Shown: positions 1-9,296 of the stretch, in pieces | Layout of the letters: each line of letters begins with the position of its first letter | How positions within the stretch are numbered: position 1 is the first letter of the stretch | Source of the DNA: a virus | Taxonomy: Duplodnaviria; Heunggongvirae; Uroviricota; Caudoviricetes | Virus record (IMG/VR): IMGVR_UViG_3300021138_000004 | Reading direction: 5' to 3' (one strand) | Length of the DNA: 64,000 bases | The notes under the pieces: generated by a model | What the model saw: the letters and a program-made list of their open reading frames with translations, nothing else | Database searches by the model: none | Told to the model about the DNA's origin: nothing | Made by a program: the position numbers and the translations under genes

Positions 1-17
1 CACTGCGACCTTAGGTC

Positions 18-56
18 AAAAGGAAAGCGAGCAAGTCCCAACACCTGCTCGCTTCC
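18..56 (-). terminator. putative rho-independent terminator downstream of gene 61..327
   Basis: GC stem gcgagca/tgctcgc followed on minus strand by T-rich run tttcctttt. Confidence 0.3.
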
Positions 57-60
57 AGTA

Positions 61-327
61 TCAGTGAAGGGTGGCGGCCTCGATGGGCAGTTCCATGGAC
101 TCCACCTGATTGACCAGCTGTTCGAGTTCCCGGAACATCGCATCCTGCTCTTCGGTCAGGAACATCGTGGCATTGAGGACCACGTAGCCGTCCTTGTGCT
201 CGAACTTTGGATCCGGATCGATGCGGATGCCAGCAACGGCGCCCTTGGTGATCAGTTCCAGTCCAAGCACGATTGCGTCGATCTCATTGCGGCACGGAAA
301 CGACATCTTGCGTTCGATAGTAGCCAT
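61..327 (-). CDS. hypothetical protein (88 aa)
   Basis: ORF track; sigma70-like promoter motif (TTGACC...TAAAAA) upstream on minus strand. Confidence 0.5.
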   Translation of the reverse strand: MATIERKMSFPCRNEIDAIVLGLELITKGAVAGIRIDPDPKFEHKDGYVVLNATMFLTEEQDAMFRELEQLVNQVESMELPIEAATLH

Positions 328-464
328 AGCGTGTAACCTTATTTTGTAAGCATCATTGCCTACTCGTTGTTTTTAGCAGAGTTAGCCCTAAGGTCAAGAA
401 CTATTTTAGAAAAAAATTAGCTGTTGACTTGCCCCAAGATATTGGTCTCCTTGGGGCACTAGAG

Positions 465-518
465 AAAAAAGATCAAAAAAATGGAGCAAGCGCCTTGACA
501 CTTGCTCCATTTTGTGTT
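465..518. terminator. bidirectional rho-independent terminator
   Basis: 9-bp stem tggagcaag/cttgctcca flanked by A-run upstream and TTTTG downstream; lies 3' of gene 517..1053. Confidence 0.5.
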
Positions 519-1053
519 AGGCAGCGATCTCGCCCGCTTCTTCAGCAGCAGCGTTCTCGGCTTCGAGCTGCGCGTCTTCGGCGTCAGCAGCAGCAGCCCA
601 GTCTTCCATCTGCTGGGCGGCCTTGCTCTTGCGCTTGGGCTTTGCAGCAGCGGGCAGCTCGATGATCTTGTCGTCAACTTCGGTGTTGACAACGGGCTCA
701 TCTTCTGCAACAATGGCAGCCGGCGCTTCTTCAACGACAGCGTCCTCGACAGCAGCAGCAGGAGCAGCAGCAGTCTTGGGCAGCGGATTGCCCAGCACGG
801 CGTGCATCGCAGCAATGATCGCCGTGCCCGTGCTGAACGCGGGCAGCGTCAGCAAGTGGTCGACCGCGTCCTGCTTGTCCATGGCGTAGGGCAGCTCGAT
901 CAAGTTGATGTCGGTGTGGCCGTTCTTGTCCAGCACCTTCACGCGAGTGATGTCGTTGGCAAAGCGCGCCTTGAACTGGCCGTTGAGCTTGCTGACACCA
1001 GCAACAGTAAACGTCTTCATATGCTTTACTCCGTTGCGTAGTAGCAGCAACAT
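517..1053 (-). CDS. hypothetical protein with Ala/Glu-rich C-terminus; paralog of 16805..17200
   Basis: ORF track; N-terminus MKTFTVAGVS resembles MSTFTYAGVS of 16805..17200. Confidence 0.6.
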   Translation of the reverse strand: MLLLLRNGVKHMKTFTVAGVSKLNGQFKARFANDITRVKVLDKNGHTDINLIELPYAMDKQDAVDHLLTLPAFSTGTAIIAAMHAVLGNPLPKTAAAPAAAVEDAVVEEAPAAIVAEDEPVVNTEVDDKIIELPAAAKPKRKSKAAQQMEDWAAAADAEDAQLEAENAAAEEAGEIAA

Positions 1054-1498
1054 CGCTGCCTACTCCTCTGTTTTAACATCGTGTGCTCGCCCGTCAATAA
1101 AAAAATGCCGCTCTCATGAATTATTTTTCCTGTTCTTGGGGCACTGCCGCAAGGTCTAGACTCCCGCGTCCCCACTGGGGCACTACCCCAAAAAGACAAA
1201 AAAGTGCTTGACATCATCCAAAATCCAAGCTACAGTCTGAATACCGAGCCGACACGGTTATGTCTTAAACCCGCATAACCAAATCGGTTAGGTTGAGTTT
1301 CCCTATGTGCCGTATCGGGCGCAGGCCGCCTTGTGTCCCTGCGTGGCCGCTGCTTGTGTGTCATATCGTGCGACCACTTCGCTGGATCCGTTGTGGAAGA
1401 ACACACATGTTTCGAAACGATATCCCAACATCAGAATCTCGGGCATCTCTACAGTGGATACTTCAGTGCGATCAAACGTGTCGATCAACTGCCATTGC

Positions 1499-1954
1499 TC
1501 ACGGAACATACTGTGTGGCCTTTTCAAAGCATTCCCGAAGGTAATAAACACGAGTAGGGTAGTTGTCCTCGTAGAACACTTCCCGACAACGATCGTAGAT
1601 CATTGCATAGACCTCAGTGACATTACCTTCCCACCAAGGTCCCTGACGAATCATCTTGCGAATAGCACGGCGAAGAATCCACCGCTCGATGAAGTTACAG
1701 CCATGAAGCATCTTCGTCGTCCTCTTCCTGCCAAGCAACAACCGCACAGTAAGCGCCGTGGTTGTGTTCCCAAAAGCGACGCTGAATCTTGCTAGCATTC
1801 TTCCGACCTTCGACCACACAGTGAAAAAGATCAGTGAACACATCGTCCGGTCCGCAGTGCATGACTGCAATGCCCTGTGCATCAGCATAGGCCAGCACTG
1901 ACCTTGCAGCACTGCGCGTGATATGTTCTGCTGAGATTTTGAAGAACGACACAT
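1499..1954 (-). CDS. hypothetical protein (151 aa)
   Basis: ORF track; preceded by promoter 1993..2032 and AAAGGA RBS. Confidence 0.5.
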   Translation of the reverse strand: MCRSSKSQQNISRAVLQGQCWPMLMHRALQSCTADRTMCSLIFFTVWSKVGRMLARFSVAFGNTTTALTVRLLLGRKRTTKMLHGCNFIERWILRRAIRKMIRQGPWWEGNVTEVYAMIYDRCREVFYEDNYPTRVYYLRECFEKATQYVP

Positions 1955-1992
1955 TGCGATCCTTTAAGCATAGCACAGCGGGGTCTTGTGTG

Positions 1993-2032
1993 CTCTGTGC
2001 AATGACACTAGCATCTGCACAGAGCCTGTCAA
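1993..2032 (-). promoter_or_regulatory. sigma70-like promoter with inverted repeat (-35 TTGACA, -10 TAGTGT)
   Basis: minus strand TTGACA-16nt-TAGTGT; inverted repeat ctctgtgca...tgcacagag spans the -35/-10 region. Confidence 0.5.
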
Positions 2033-2272
2033 TTAGTAATGCAGCCGCGACCCCACATAGTTGTAGTCGTCGAGCAAGTCCTGATCCTGTTCCCACGCAA
2101 ACTGATCTGCGCGATCGTCATACAGCGAGGGATCGTCACGATCAATGAGTTCCTGCTCGATGTCGTAGAGCAAGAGATGATCATTGTCGTCGGCATCCCC
2201 ACTGCGAATGCGGTCACGAATCTCCGATTCAGCGTTCATAAGCCGAGAAGTGGACCATTCCGAAATACGCAT
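2033..2272 (-). CDS. hypothetical acidic protein (79 aa)
   Basis: ORF track; upstream TTGACA-17-TGTATA and AGGAG RBS. Confidence 0.55.
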   Translation of the reverse strand: MRISEWSTSRLMNAESEIRDRIRSGDADDNDHLLLYDIEQELIDRDDPSLYDDRADQFAWEQDQDLLDDYNYVGSRLHY

Positions 2273-2453
2273 AACAGTGTCTCCTTGTTCTAGTTCACAC
2301 TATATACAAGCAGTCAAAGTTGATGTCAAGTGATTTATTGTCCTAGCGATGGGGCACTTCCCCGTCATGGAGAGATTGCCTATTGACAACTGCCAAAATC
2401 CATGCTATTCATAGAACATGGAGAGAGTCAATCCTCTCTCCGTGCCCGTTCAA

Positions 2454-2669
2454 TCAATTCCAATCATCATCCCGAGCCGTGAGTGGATCGTAGCCAATCT
2501 CGTCCTTCCAAGTGCCGCCGAACAGTTCCTCTTCCTCGACTTCCCATTCGTCGAGATCAACTTCTTGGAAACCGTCGAGCTCTTCCTCGACCTCCGCATC
2601 CTCATCAAATCGACGACGATGTCCCGCGCCTTTGAACAGACGATCTAAAGGTGTAAAACGATCATTCAT
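2454..2669 (-). CDS. hypothetical acidic protein (71 aa)
   Basis: ORF track; AAGGAG RBS; overlaps upstream gene stop. Confidence 0.55.
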   Translation of the reverse strand: MNDRFTPLDRLFKGAGHRRRFDEDAEVEEELDGFQEVDLDEWEVEEEELFGGTWKDEIGYDPLTARDDDWN

Positions 2670-2948
2670 CTTCTTCTCCTTCTAGTGTAACTTCAATAAA
2701 GGGCATTTCATTCCAGTGCTGATCCCCTTCAATTCTACTATATTGTTCGAGATAGGACTCACAGATGTCTGCTAGCCAAACAAATCGATATTGATCTTCA
2801 GCACTCATTTTAACTGAGGCAGCAGAGTCTATGCGCTCGAGAACTGCGACAGTATAAGCGAGATCGTTGAGTGTGTCCGCAGACAAACAATGATCAATGT
2901 CTAACCGATGACCGGTCTCAAAGTTTACATAAGTGACATTCCTGTCCA
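2662..2948 (-). CDS. hypothetical protein (start adjusted to MDRNVTY)
   Basis: ORF track 2662..3009; internal ATG preceded by AAGGA RBS and promoter 3000..3028. Confidence 0.5.
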
Positions 2949-2999
2949 TGATCAATTCCTTGTATATACGCACACATGAGAGCGCGTGTTCATTGTGTA

Positions 3000-3028
3000 T
3001 ATATAACACACACTCACGAGCGTGTCAA
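3000..3028 (-). promoter_or_regulatory. sigma70-like promoter (TTGACA-17-TATATA)
   Basis: read on minus strand. Confidence 0.5.
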
Positions 3029-3039
3029 TACAAGTAGAC

Positions 3040-3780
3040 AACCTTTTTTGACTATATAGTGAGAACTAGGTCAACGAGAGATCATCGTATATAGAGAGAT
3101 CCTTGTATACGCGCAGTCCCATGCACAACAGCACAGCGGGGTCTTGGCTGTAGTGGGACTAAATGTGGTTCTATACAGTGACTGCCCCACTAAACAAACC
3201 ACCGAAAACCTCGAAGAATCGGGGAGTTCTTGGTCAGGTTTGACGGGATTTTTGAACGATTTGGATCAGTTTTCACAGGTTTTTTACTGTAAAAAAATTT
3301 GGATTGGCTACGGTGGAGAGAGGCTATGCTAGAATGGTTTTCATTCTTTTCTCAATTTTTCAATCTATATATGATCACCCTCTCGCCTCTTTCTCAATTT
3401 TTCAATCTATATATGATCACCCTCTCGCCTCTTTCTCAATTTTTCTCTCATCTCTCACTATATAAGCATCACCCTCTATATAGTCCCACTCTATATACGC
3501 AATCTCTCGATCACCCCCAGTTTCTCTATATATGAGTTCTAGTATATAGTCAATCACCCGCTCTGCTTCTAAACAGCTCTAGAGATTGTGTGTATATACA
3601 GCGCATTCTAGTTCTACAGTGGATTGGCTTATATAGTCAATCGTTCTGTTTTTATATAGTGAATTGGCATAAATAGTCATTGACTTTAGTGCCTTTGTTC
3701 TGTATACTTGATGTTGAGTTTGAACATTCGTTGAGTAGTTCTTCTATATAGATAGGGTTCACTTATACAACGAGTTCTTT
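3040..3780. repeat. about 0.7 kb non-coding AT-rich region with iteron-like repeats (TATATAGTCAAT x5 and tandem 42-bp units)
   Basis: no convincing ORF; repeated tatatagtcaat/tatatagtgaat elements; candidate origin or regulatory hub. Confidence 0.5.
3346..3500. repeat. tandem direct repeat, 42-bp unit tttctcaatttttcaatctatatatgatcaccctctcgcctc, 2 perfect copies plus degenerate copies
   Basis: seen directly at 3347-3431 then decaying. Confidence 0.7.
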
Positions 3781-4072
3781 ACTCAATACAATATCGAAAA
3801 AGAAATATACTGGCCCGCTTTTCGTCAGTGACAGTATATATAGCATAGAGTTCGTCGTCGTCTTCAATCTCGCGACTATATATCAATCCATATTCTTCTT
3901 CGATATAGTCTACTACCAGTCGAGGATCACCGGCCTTCATTAGCCGTCTTGCTATATGAAATATTCTATTCAAGGAAAGTTTAACTTCAGCCACAGTATT
4001 TGAGTATGAAAAAAGCGGCTCTTTTTTCATCAGTGACAGCATAAGCAACACGGCGGCCTCTTTGGAAGTCAT
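3779..4072 (-). CDS. hypothetical protein, paralog of 3987..4190 (shared C-terminal VTDEKRA..F..YC)
   Basis: ORF track; true start may be an internal Met. Confidence 0.45.
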   Translation of the reverse strand: MTSKEAAVLLMLSLMKKEPLFSYSNTVAEVKLSLNRIFHIARRLMKAGDPRLVVDYIEEEYGLIYSREIEDDDELYAIYTVTDEKRASIFLFRYCIE

Positions 4073-4190
4073 CGAAGGTAATTTGGTATGGAGTATATAC
4101 TAGTCCGAATTCCTGTTCGAGATCACAGTCAGAGAGACCTGCATATATAACGCGCACTTCTTGTTCTTCTGTGAGTTTGATTATCTTCAC
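3987..4190 (-). CDS. hypothetical protein, paralog of 3779..4072
   Basis: ORF track; conserved C-terminal motif. Confidence 0.45.
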   Translation of the reverse strand: MKIIKLTEEQEVRVIYAGLSDCDLEQEFGLVYTPYQITFDDFQRGRRVAYAVTDEKRAAFFILKYCG

Positions 4191-4220
4191 ATGATAAATC
4201 CCGTGAGTGCAATTGCGGGA

Positions 4221-4505
4221 TTATAGTGCATCGTCTGTGTCCTCGTTGTAGTAGACCACACAGGAGTCGAAGTCTCGGCTCCAGTAGGATAGTTGATCGA
4301 ATTTTTCCCAGCTGAGGTGTGCGTCGAGCCACGGTAGTTCATTTGGGTCACGGCCCTGTGAGATCAACTCGCATCGTTGATCGTATCGGCGATCTATCTC
4401 TGCCATGAGGTGTTTGTAGAATGCGCGGATCTGTAGTAACTGGACTACAAACGATCCAGTTACTACCACTAAGGCCACAGCGACTAGGGCAATTATTGCA
4501 GTCAT
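4221..4505 (-). CDS. membrane-anchored protein (N-terminal TM helix)
   Basis: ORF track 4221..4532; start moved to MTAIIALVAVALVVV. Confidence 0.5.
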   Translation of the reverse strand: MTAIIALVAVALVVVTGSFVVQLLQIRAFYKHLMAEIDRRYDQRCELISQGRDPNELPWLDAHLSWEKFDQLSYWSRDFDSCVVYYNEDTDDAL

Positions 4506-4560
4506 CTTTGAGTCCCGTAAAAGATTGCACAACCAAACACCATAGAAGGCGGGTCGAACT

Positions 4561-4746
4561 TCACTGCCAAATTCCCGGATGGGTCATTATATTCATGATG
4601 CCAAGCCCGATGTTCATTACCACCAGACCGAAGTTCATGATGGCCACAGGAACACTACGACCAATTTCCCAAGTCATGATGCCACAAACAGTGATGAAAA
4701 GTGCAGCCGTAAAGCTGAGCAGTCCGCTATGAATCAAAAACAGCAT
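4561..4746 (-). CDS. small membrane protein (61 aa)
   Basis: ORF track; two hydrophobic segments. Confidence 0.5.
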   Translation of the reverse strand: MLFLIHSGLLSFTAALFITVCGIMTWEIGRSVPVAIMNFGLVVMNIGLGIMNIMTHPGIWQ

Positions 4747-4795
4747 TGTCTTTCTCCTATGTGTTGTTTATAGCAAAGACCTAGGGCAATGTCAA

Positions 4796-5278
4796 CTAGG
4801 CTTTCTTGCCGTAGTTCTTATCCCATTTACGAGCACAGCCTTCGATGATCATCACAGCATAACGGCAATGGAACTCGTCAAAGGTCTTGAGCAGGGCAGT
4901 ATCCACGGGCACATTGCAGTCACGCAACAGATAGCGAGCAATGGCCACCGGAAACACTCGGTCCGAATATTCGGGAGGGCGACTGCGAAGGTGCTCAACC
5001 AGCTCTTCACGGTTGTGGCCCAGCATCCACTGGCATTCGGCAATCTCAGCATCCCAATCATCATGTGAGCGGGCCTTGCGGGCAATCTCTGTGTAATTGG
5101 AACGACCGATCTGCGGACCCCGGGTAAAGTAGGTCAGTTTGGTCTCGGGTGCTGCAAAGTTCTCATGGAGAAAAGAGTAAAGATCATCCCAAGCACGATT
5201 TGCCTCTGCATGATCTCCATAGACAGTAGCCTCAATCACCGGACGAATCAACATAAGTGCAGTCTGATACTTGTCCAT
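4796..5278 (-). CDS. hypothetical protein (160 aa)
   Basis: ORF track. Confidence 0.55.
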   Translation of the reverse strand: MDKYQTALMLIRPVIEATVYGDHAEANRAWDDLYSFLHENFAAPETKLTYFTRGPQIGRSNYTEIARKARSHDDWDAEIAECQWMLGHNREELVEHLRSRPPEYSDRVFPVAIARYLLRDCNVPVDTALLKTFDEFHCRYAVMIIEGCARKWDKNYGKKA

Positions 5279-5330
5279 TTGTGTAACTCCTTGCTCTATG
5301 CTTATTGCATAGCAGCACTATCAGTGGAAG

Positions 5331-6043
5331 TCAACGAAAATAACGGCTCTCGCCAAACTGGAATCTATCAACGCTGGGCCCACCGAGTGCAGACCATGCG
5401 CGCAAGGCTTGCAGACCAGGCCAATCGCTGGCAAAGAACTTGACATCGTAACCATAAATGCCGCCGCCCCCGCCGCCCGAGCCGGTATGGATTCCTGTGT
5501 TCTTGAACACATCGGACCCCCAGCGAACATCCTTGTGGCTGACTTCGAATTCGATGCGACCCGACCATCCCGGGTATCCGCGTGGAGCAGGAGTGCCGTC
5601 CTTGAGCTTAGTATCTCCACCCCAATTAGTGACACCATCACGCGGGCAGGCGTGTGTGTTGCTGACACCAGGGCTATAGTTCAGTTCGAGCAGGGTGATC
5701 TTCACAGACCAATCCGAGCGAAGCTTTTCGTGTCGGGCACGATCGCTGTCCCAACCTCGATTGAGTCCGTTGTCAAAGAAGAACTCAGGGTGCAGTTCGA
5801 CCCACCGCATGATCTCTTCGAACCCGCGCTGATTGTTGAAATCGTCGAGCAGAGCTTGCCTACGGCGATTGCGAATATTTCGATAGATGCGATCTTGACG
5901 AATCCGCTTGAGGTGTGCAACATAGCTTTTCTTGGCACCAAAGATCTGCTTGGTCCATGGGCATTGAAAGCCTGTGGCAGCCTTGGCCACTGAAACAGGA
6001 ATGATAGCACCATTTCCTTTGTAAACTTTAATTTTGGGCATTG
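5331..6043 (-). CDS. hypothetical protein with Gly-rich tract (start MPKIKVY)
   Basis: ORF track 5331..6188; internal ATG preceded by GGAGG RBS. Confidence 0.5.
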
Positions 6044-6216
6044 TAATACCTCCAACCACCGATAGGAGAGAACGAAGCAATGAGTGCCCCGTCAAGCAGC
6101 ACAACAGCCTCAAAGCCGGCCTTCTTCGCTGCATCCATAGCATCGTGCAGCGACTCACCGATGTAGACATCATTGCCAAAGTTGACAAGCGTAGCTTGGT
6201 AGATTTGCGGAAGCAT
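6028..6216 (-). CDS. hypothetical protein (62 aa)
   Basis: ORF track; AAGGAG RBS; overlaps downstream gene start. Confidence 0.55.
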   Translation of the reverse strand: MLPQIYQATLVNFGNDVYIGESLHDAMDAAKKAGFEAVVLLDGALIASFSPIGGWRYYNAQN

Positions 6217-6304
6217 TTGTCTATCTCCTTGCTTGTGTATTAGCAGAGAACTAGATACAGGTCAACTTATTTCTTGGCCTTCATGTCGCCGTAAGAAATC
6301 AGGA

Positions 6305-6580
6305 TCAGTAAAGTTCTTCCATCTGTTCGTCAGTGATAACCAGGTATTCCTGCAAGGTTTCCTTAATTTCAGAAGTCCAGTCGTAATCACCATAATCGGT
6401 GCCTTCGGTGGTAGCACGATAGAGCTCGTCGTCAAAAGTGCTAAGCCATTCAGGAGTAGGCACAAAATCCTTGCTCTTGAGATCAGCACGAGTTCGAACC
6501 AGAACAACACCTGTATCGCTGCGGGTACCTTCCTGCTTGATCTTCGAAGAAAGAAACTTGATAGCCGCCTTAATATCCAT
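6305..6580 (-). CDS. hypothetical protein (91 aa)
   Basis: ORF track; AAGGAG RBS. Confidence 0.6.
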   Translation of the reverse strand: MDIKAAIKFLSSKIKQEGTRSDTGVVLVRTRADLKSKDFVPTPEWLSTFDDELYRATTEGTDYGDYDWTSEIKETLQEYLVITDEQMEELY

Positions 6581-6636
6581 GCTAGTTCTCCTTGCTCTAT
6601 AACTGACTATTAGCAGAGCAGAACTAGGTTGTCTAC

Positions 6637-6921
6637 TTATTTCTCATCCAATGGCATATCGTAGAAGACATCATACAGGCCATCTGGTCCTTGACGCAGA
6701 ATTCCTCGATCCTTGGGATTTCGTTTAGGCGGTTCCTTGTGCCGCATTTCACCGCGATCCCATGCTTGATACAAGGGTTCAATCCAGTCGGGTTCGTCGG
6801 GACTTTGCTTTACTTGTCTAGCAGTATAAGGATCATCTTCGTAGGTGCGAAAGGTGCCTACAGGAAAGGTGATATCATAGTATCTCCGCCCGCCAGCATC
6901 TGTGCATGGATATTCGGTCAT
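6637..6921 (-). CDS. hypothetical protein; paralog of 46384..46590
   Basis: TFRTYEDDPYTARQVK...WIEPLYQAWDRGEM vs TFRMYEDTPYVWTQVK...WILPMFAAWERGDM. Confidence 0.6.
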   Translation of the reverse strand: MTEYPCTDAGGRRYYDITFPVGTFRTYEDDPYTARQVKQSPDEPDWIEPLYQAWDRGEMRHKEPPKRNPKDRGILRQGPDGLYDVFYDMPLDEK

Positions 6922-7166
6922 ATTAACCCTAATGCCTGTCTTTCTTCGGGAGTCAGTTTGGCCAAGGCGCGCTCGCGAAGCTTTTCCCGGGTGTTGTTCT
7001 CGTAGTCTTCCACAGTGTCAAAAAGGGTGATGGATTTCTTCCACACACCTCGATACATACTGGTGCCTACCAGTTTTTTGGCCTCTGCTTCACTGGTGAA
7101 ATTGGCGATGGCAGTCATGTTCCGGTCATAGCCCTCGTTGACTTCCCAGTATTCAATGGTGCGCAT
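6918..7166 (-). CDS. hypothetical protein (start MRTIEYWEV)
   Basis: ORF track 6918..7265 truncated to ATG overlapping stop of upstream small ORF (ATAATG). Confidence 0.5.
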   Translation of the reverse strand: MRTIEYWEVNEGYDRNMTAIANFTSEAEAKKLVGTSMYRGVWKKSITLFDTVEDYENNTREKLRERALAKLTPEERQALGLI

Positions 7167-7321
7167 TATCGTTTCTCCATGGTCATACGGAACAGTGCAT
7201 AGAATACTAGGATGTAGGCAAAGATAAACGATGCAAACGGATAGTGGAGGATAGGGGCTGGCCAAATATTCAGCCAGGCACCCACAGCCACTCCGAACAG
7301 AAATATGTTACGTTTGCTCAT
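7166..7321 (-). CDS. small membrane protein (51 aa), below the ORF-track threshold
   Basis: ATG with GGAG RBS; hydrophobic MSKRNIFLFGVAVGAWLNIW...; stop overlaps next start. Confidence 0.4.
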   Translation of the reverse strand: MSKRNIFLFGVAVGAWLNIWPAPILHYPFASFIFAYILVFYALFRMTMEKR

Positions 7322-7335
7322 TTGATGTCTCCTTG

Positions 7336-7659
7336 TTATCGACAGACACTGACTGCTGCGTCAGGATTTTCCTGGCAGGCCCTCAGATAGTCTTCAACAA
7401 ATGGAACAAAATGTTCGTACAGCCCCCAACCGTTGGCAGCATTGAACTTCGAATAGTAGTCGGGATCGGCTTTGAGCTTGGACAGTCCTTCAGTCAACGG
7501 CTCAATCAATTGATCCGCATGAGTGATTCCGATTTCTTCGGGCCGCCACAGGTGCTGATAAATTCCAGCCTCGGCAGCCATCTTGCCCAGATTGTGAGTG
7601 ATGTTGCGCCAATAGACCTCTGTGGGCCGGGCTGCGATCAGTGTTACATCCAGGCTCAT
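7336..7659 (-). CDS. hypothetical protein (107 aa)
   Basis: ORF track. Confidence 0.6.
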   Translation of the reverse strand: MSLDVTLIAARPTEVYWRNITHNLGKMAAEAGIYQHLWRPEEIGITHADQLIEPLTEGLSKLKADPDYYSKFNAANGWGLYEHFVPFVEDYLRACQENPDAAVSVCR

Positions 7660-7883
7660 TAGAACACCTCTGCCTGGATCTCACTGCGATGATCGCTGAG
7701 TGCTCGAACCTGCTTCTTGACCTTGCGGATGGCCTGCGATTCCTTCTTGGAACCCTTGACCACTGCGAGGATCTCCCAATCCTCCCAAGACTCTACAACA
7801 AAATCCCAGCCGTCTTCGTTGTAATGCTCAATAGCGTGAGCACGAACAGCGTCAACGAGATCCTGATCAGTTACCTTGTGCAT
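7659..7883 (-). CDS. hypothetical protein (74 aa)
   Basis: ORF track; upstream TTGACA-17-TATAAC promoter. Confidence 0.6.
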   Translation of the reverse strand: MHKVTDQDLVDAVRAHAIEHYNEDGWDFVVESWEDWEILAVVKGSKKESQAIRKVKKQVRALSDHRSEIQAEVF

Positions 7884-7988
7884 TTGTTTGGTCCTTGTGT
7901 GTGTTTCTATGCTTTGTTATACTAACATCGCAACGGAGTGTCAACTGGAAAATCTAATTCTTGATGAATTTATACGGTAAATATCTGT

Positions 7989-8627
7989 ATGAAAAAGCTA
8001 TTTGTTCCTACTAGGTTATATATTAAAAGAATTGGAAATCTCCGGTATTTCGGAAAAACAAGTAATCTCAATGTTGAGAATTATCCTGGTTCTGGTAAAA
8101 TATGGAGAGATAAAATTAAAAAATATGGTAAATCGTCCATCATTACTGAATGGATTTCAGACTGGTATTACGATGCTGATGAAATTCGGGAAGTAGCAAT
8201 ATCATTTAGCATAGAGAATGATATTATCGATTCTGAAAATTGGGCCAATCTAAAAATAGAAAATGGAATAGATGGGGGACCGTGCGCCCATACAGTAGAA
8301 TCTAGGTCTAAAATCTCTAGGGGAGGCAAAGGTCGAATATGCTCGGAAATAACTAAAAGAAAAATAGCCAATGGAAAGCTGGGAAAGAATCATCCTTTAT
8401 TTACCGGACACTATGTAACACCTTGGGGAGTATTCGAATCCTCGTATGAAGCAAAACGAATGCTTGATCAAGATAGCGAATACAGCACATTGGCTCAAAG
8501 AACAATCCATCAATATTGTAAAGCTAACTGTGATAAAAGATTTGGTAAAAATGGAAATCTTCCTATCAACCGATGGTATAAAACCCCTAGAGAATTAGGT
8601 TTTGGATTTATTCCGGCAAATAATTAG
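7989..8627 (+). CDS. GIY-YIG-like homing endonuclease
   Basis: LYIKRIGNLRYFGKTS and ENWANLKIENG resemble I-TevI GIYxIxN..YVGSA / ENFWIKELNS; plus-strand insert in a minus-strand block. Confidence 0.6.
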   Translation: MKKLFVPTRLYIKRIGNLRYFGKTSNLNVENYPGSGKIWRDKIKKYGKSSIITEWISDWYYDADEIREVAISFSIENDIIDSENWANLKIENGIDGGPCAHTVESRSKISRGGKGRICSEITKRKIANGKLGKNHPLFTGHYVTPWGVFESSYEAKRMLDQDSEYSTLAQRTIHQYCKANCDKRFGKNGNLPINRWYKTPRELGFGFIPANN

Positions 8628-8638
8628 TTTATATTTCT

Positions 8639-9004
8639 TTATGTTCGTTTGAAATCCACCGATTCACTATAGTAGCCATTGGAAGAGCCATAGAACCGAA
8701 TGGTAACATACCCTTTGATAGTTGCTAGCCTGTAGAAGGTCCAAGTGAACGAGTCGTCGTAACCGTCGATGGGTTGGCACCCATCATTGTCGTTGACGCT
8801 GGACACCTCTTCGGCCATGAGGATCGGAGTGCCAATGAGATCGTCGAGGTCGCCGTCGATGGATTCCACATAGACCGATTCGCAGCAGTCCTGCTCGTGG
8901 TAGAGCTTATAGCTCTCGTCGTCGCTGACAACGAAATGAACTTCGTATTCGTCGCTCCAACACCGAGCAAGGGTCTTGCCGACAAGCGCGCTGAAATCGA
9001 GCAT
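8639..9004 (-). CDS. hypothetical protein (start MLDFSAL)
   Basis: ORF track 8639..9019 begins with TTG; ATG at 9004 has GGAG RBS. Confidence 0.55.
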   Translation of the reverse strand: MLDFSALVGKTLARCWSDEYEVHFVVSDDESYKLYHEQDCCESVYVESIDGDLDDLIGTPILMAEEVSSVNDNDGCQPIDGYDDSFTWTFYRLATIKGYVTIRFYGSSNGYYSESVDFKRT

Positions 9005-9006
9005 GA

Positions 9007-9252
9007 TTATTCTCCGCAATCCATAACGAAATAGTCAAAGACTTCCATGACCTTGAAATCATCGCAGTCCTGCAACCACTCTTTGACTTGCCGGGCAACC
9101 TTCTCAGGAAGCTCACTGACCTTGTCCTTGTCAGCATTGATGATCCCAAGATCAAAGTCCAGCATCATGTTCCAATCGTCAACCGTAAGGCCTTCGCGGC
9201 TTTCAATGTCATCCATGATACGATCGATGATAATTTTACGCATTTCATTCAT
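9007..9252 (-). CDS. hypothetical protein (81 aa)
   Basis: ORF track; AAGGAG RBS. Confidence 0.6.
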   Translation of the reverse strand: MNEMRKIIIDRIMDDIESREGLTVDDWNMMLDFDLGIINADKDKVSELPEKVARQVKEWLQDCDDFKVMEVFDYFVMDCGE

Positions 9253-9296
9253 TGTTTGTCTCCTTGCTTTGTTTGTAGCAGACAGTTAGAGAAGTG

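Noticed and set aside
431-458. Hairpin gccccaag...cttggggc as a terminator
   Set aside because: No U-tract follows on either strand. The real terminator is the adjacent hairpin at 482-509.
64-1041. Overlapping plus-strand ORFs (64..336, 429..665, 502..1041, 623..889)
   Set aside because: They are antisense to promoter-driven minus-strand genes and show Ala/Ser/Leu-rich low-complexity translations typical of GC-rich antisense frames.
1695-2096. 133-aa minus-strand ORF
   Set aside because: It overlaps promoter 1993..2032 and the better-supported 1499..1954 and 2033..2272 genes in other frames.
3299-3535. 78-aa ORF through the 42-bp tandem repeats, and the idea of a CRISPR array
   Set aside because: The translation is a repeat artefact (SQFFNLYMITLSPL x2). 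The repeats are contiguous without unique spacers, so this is not CRISPR.
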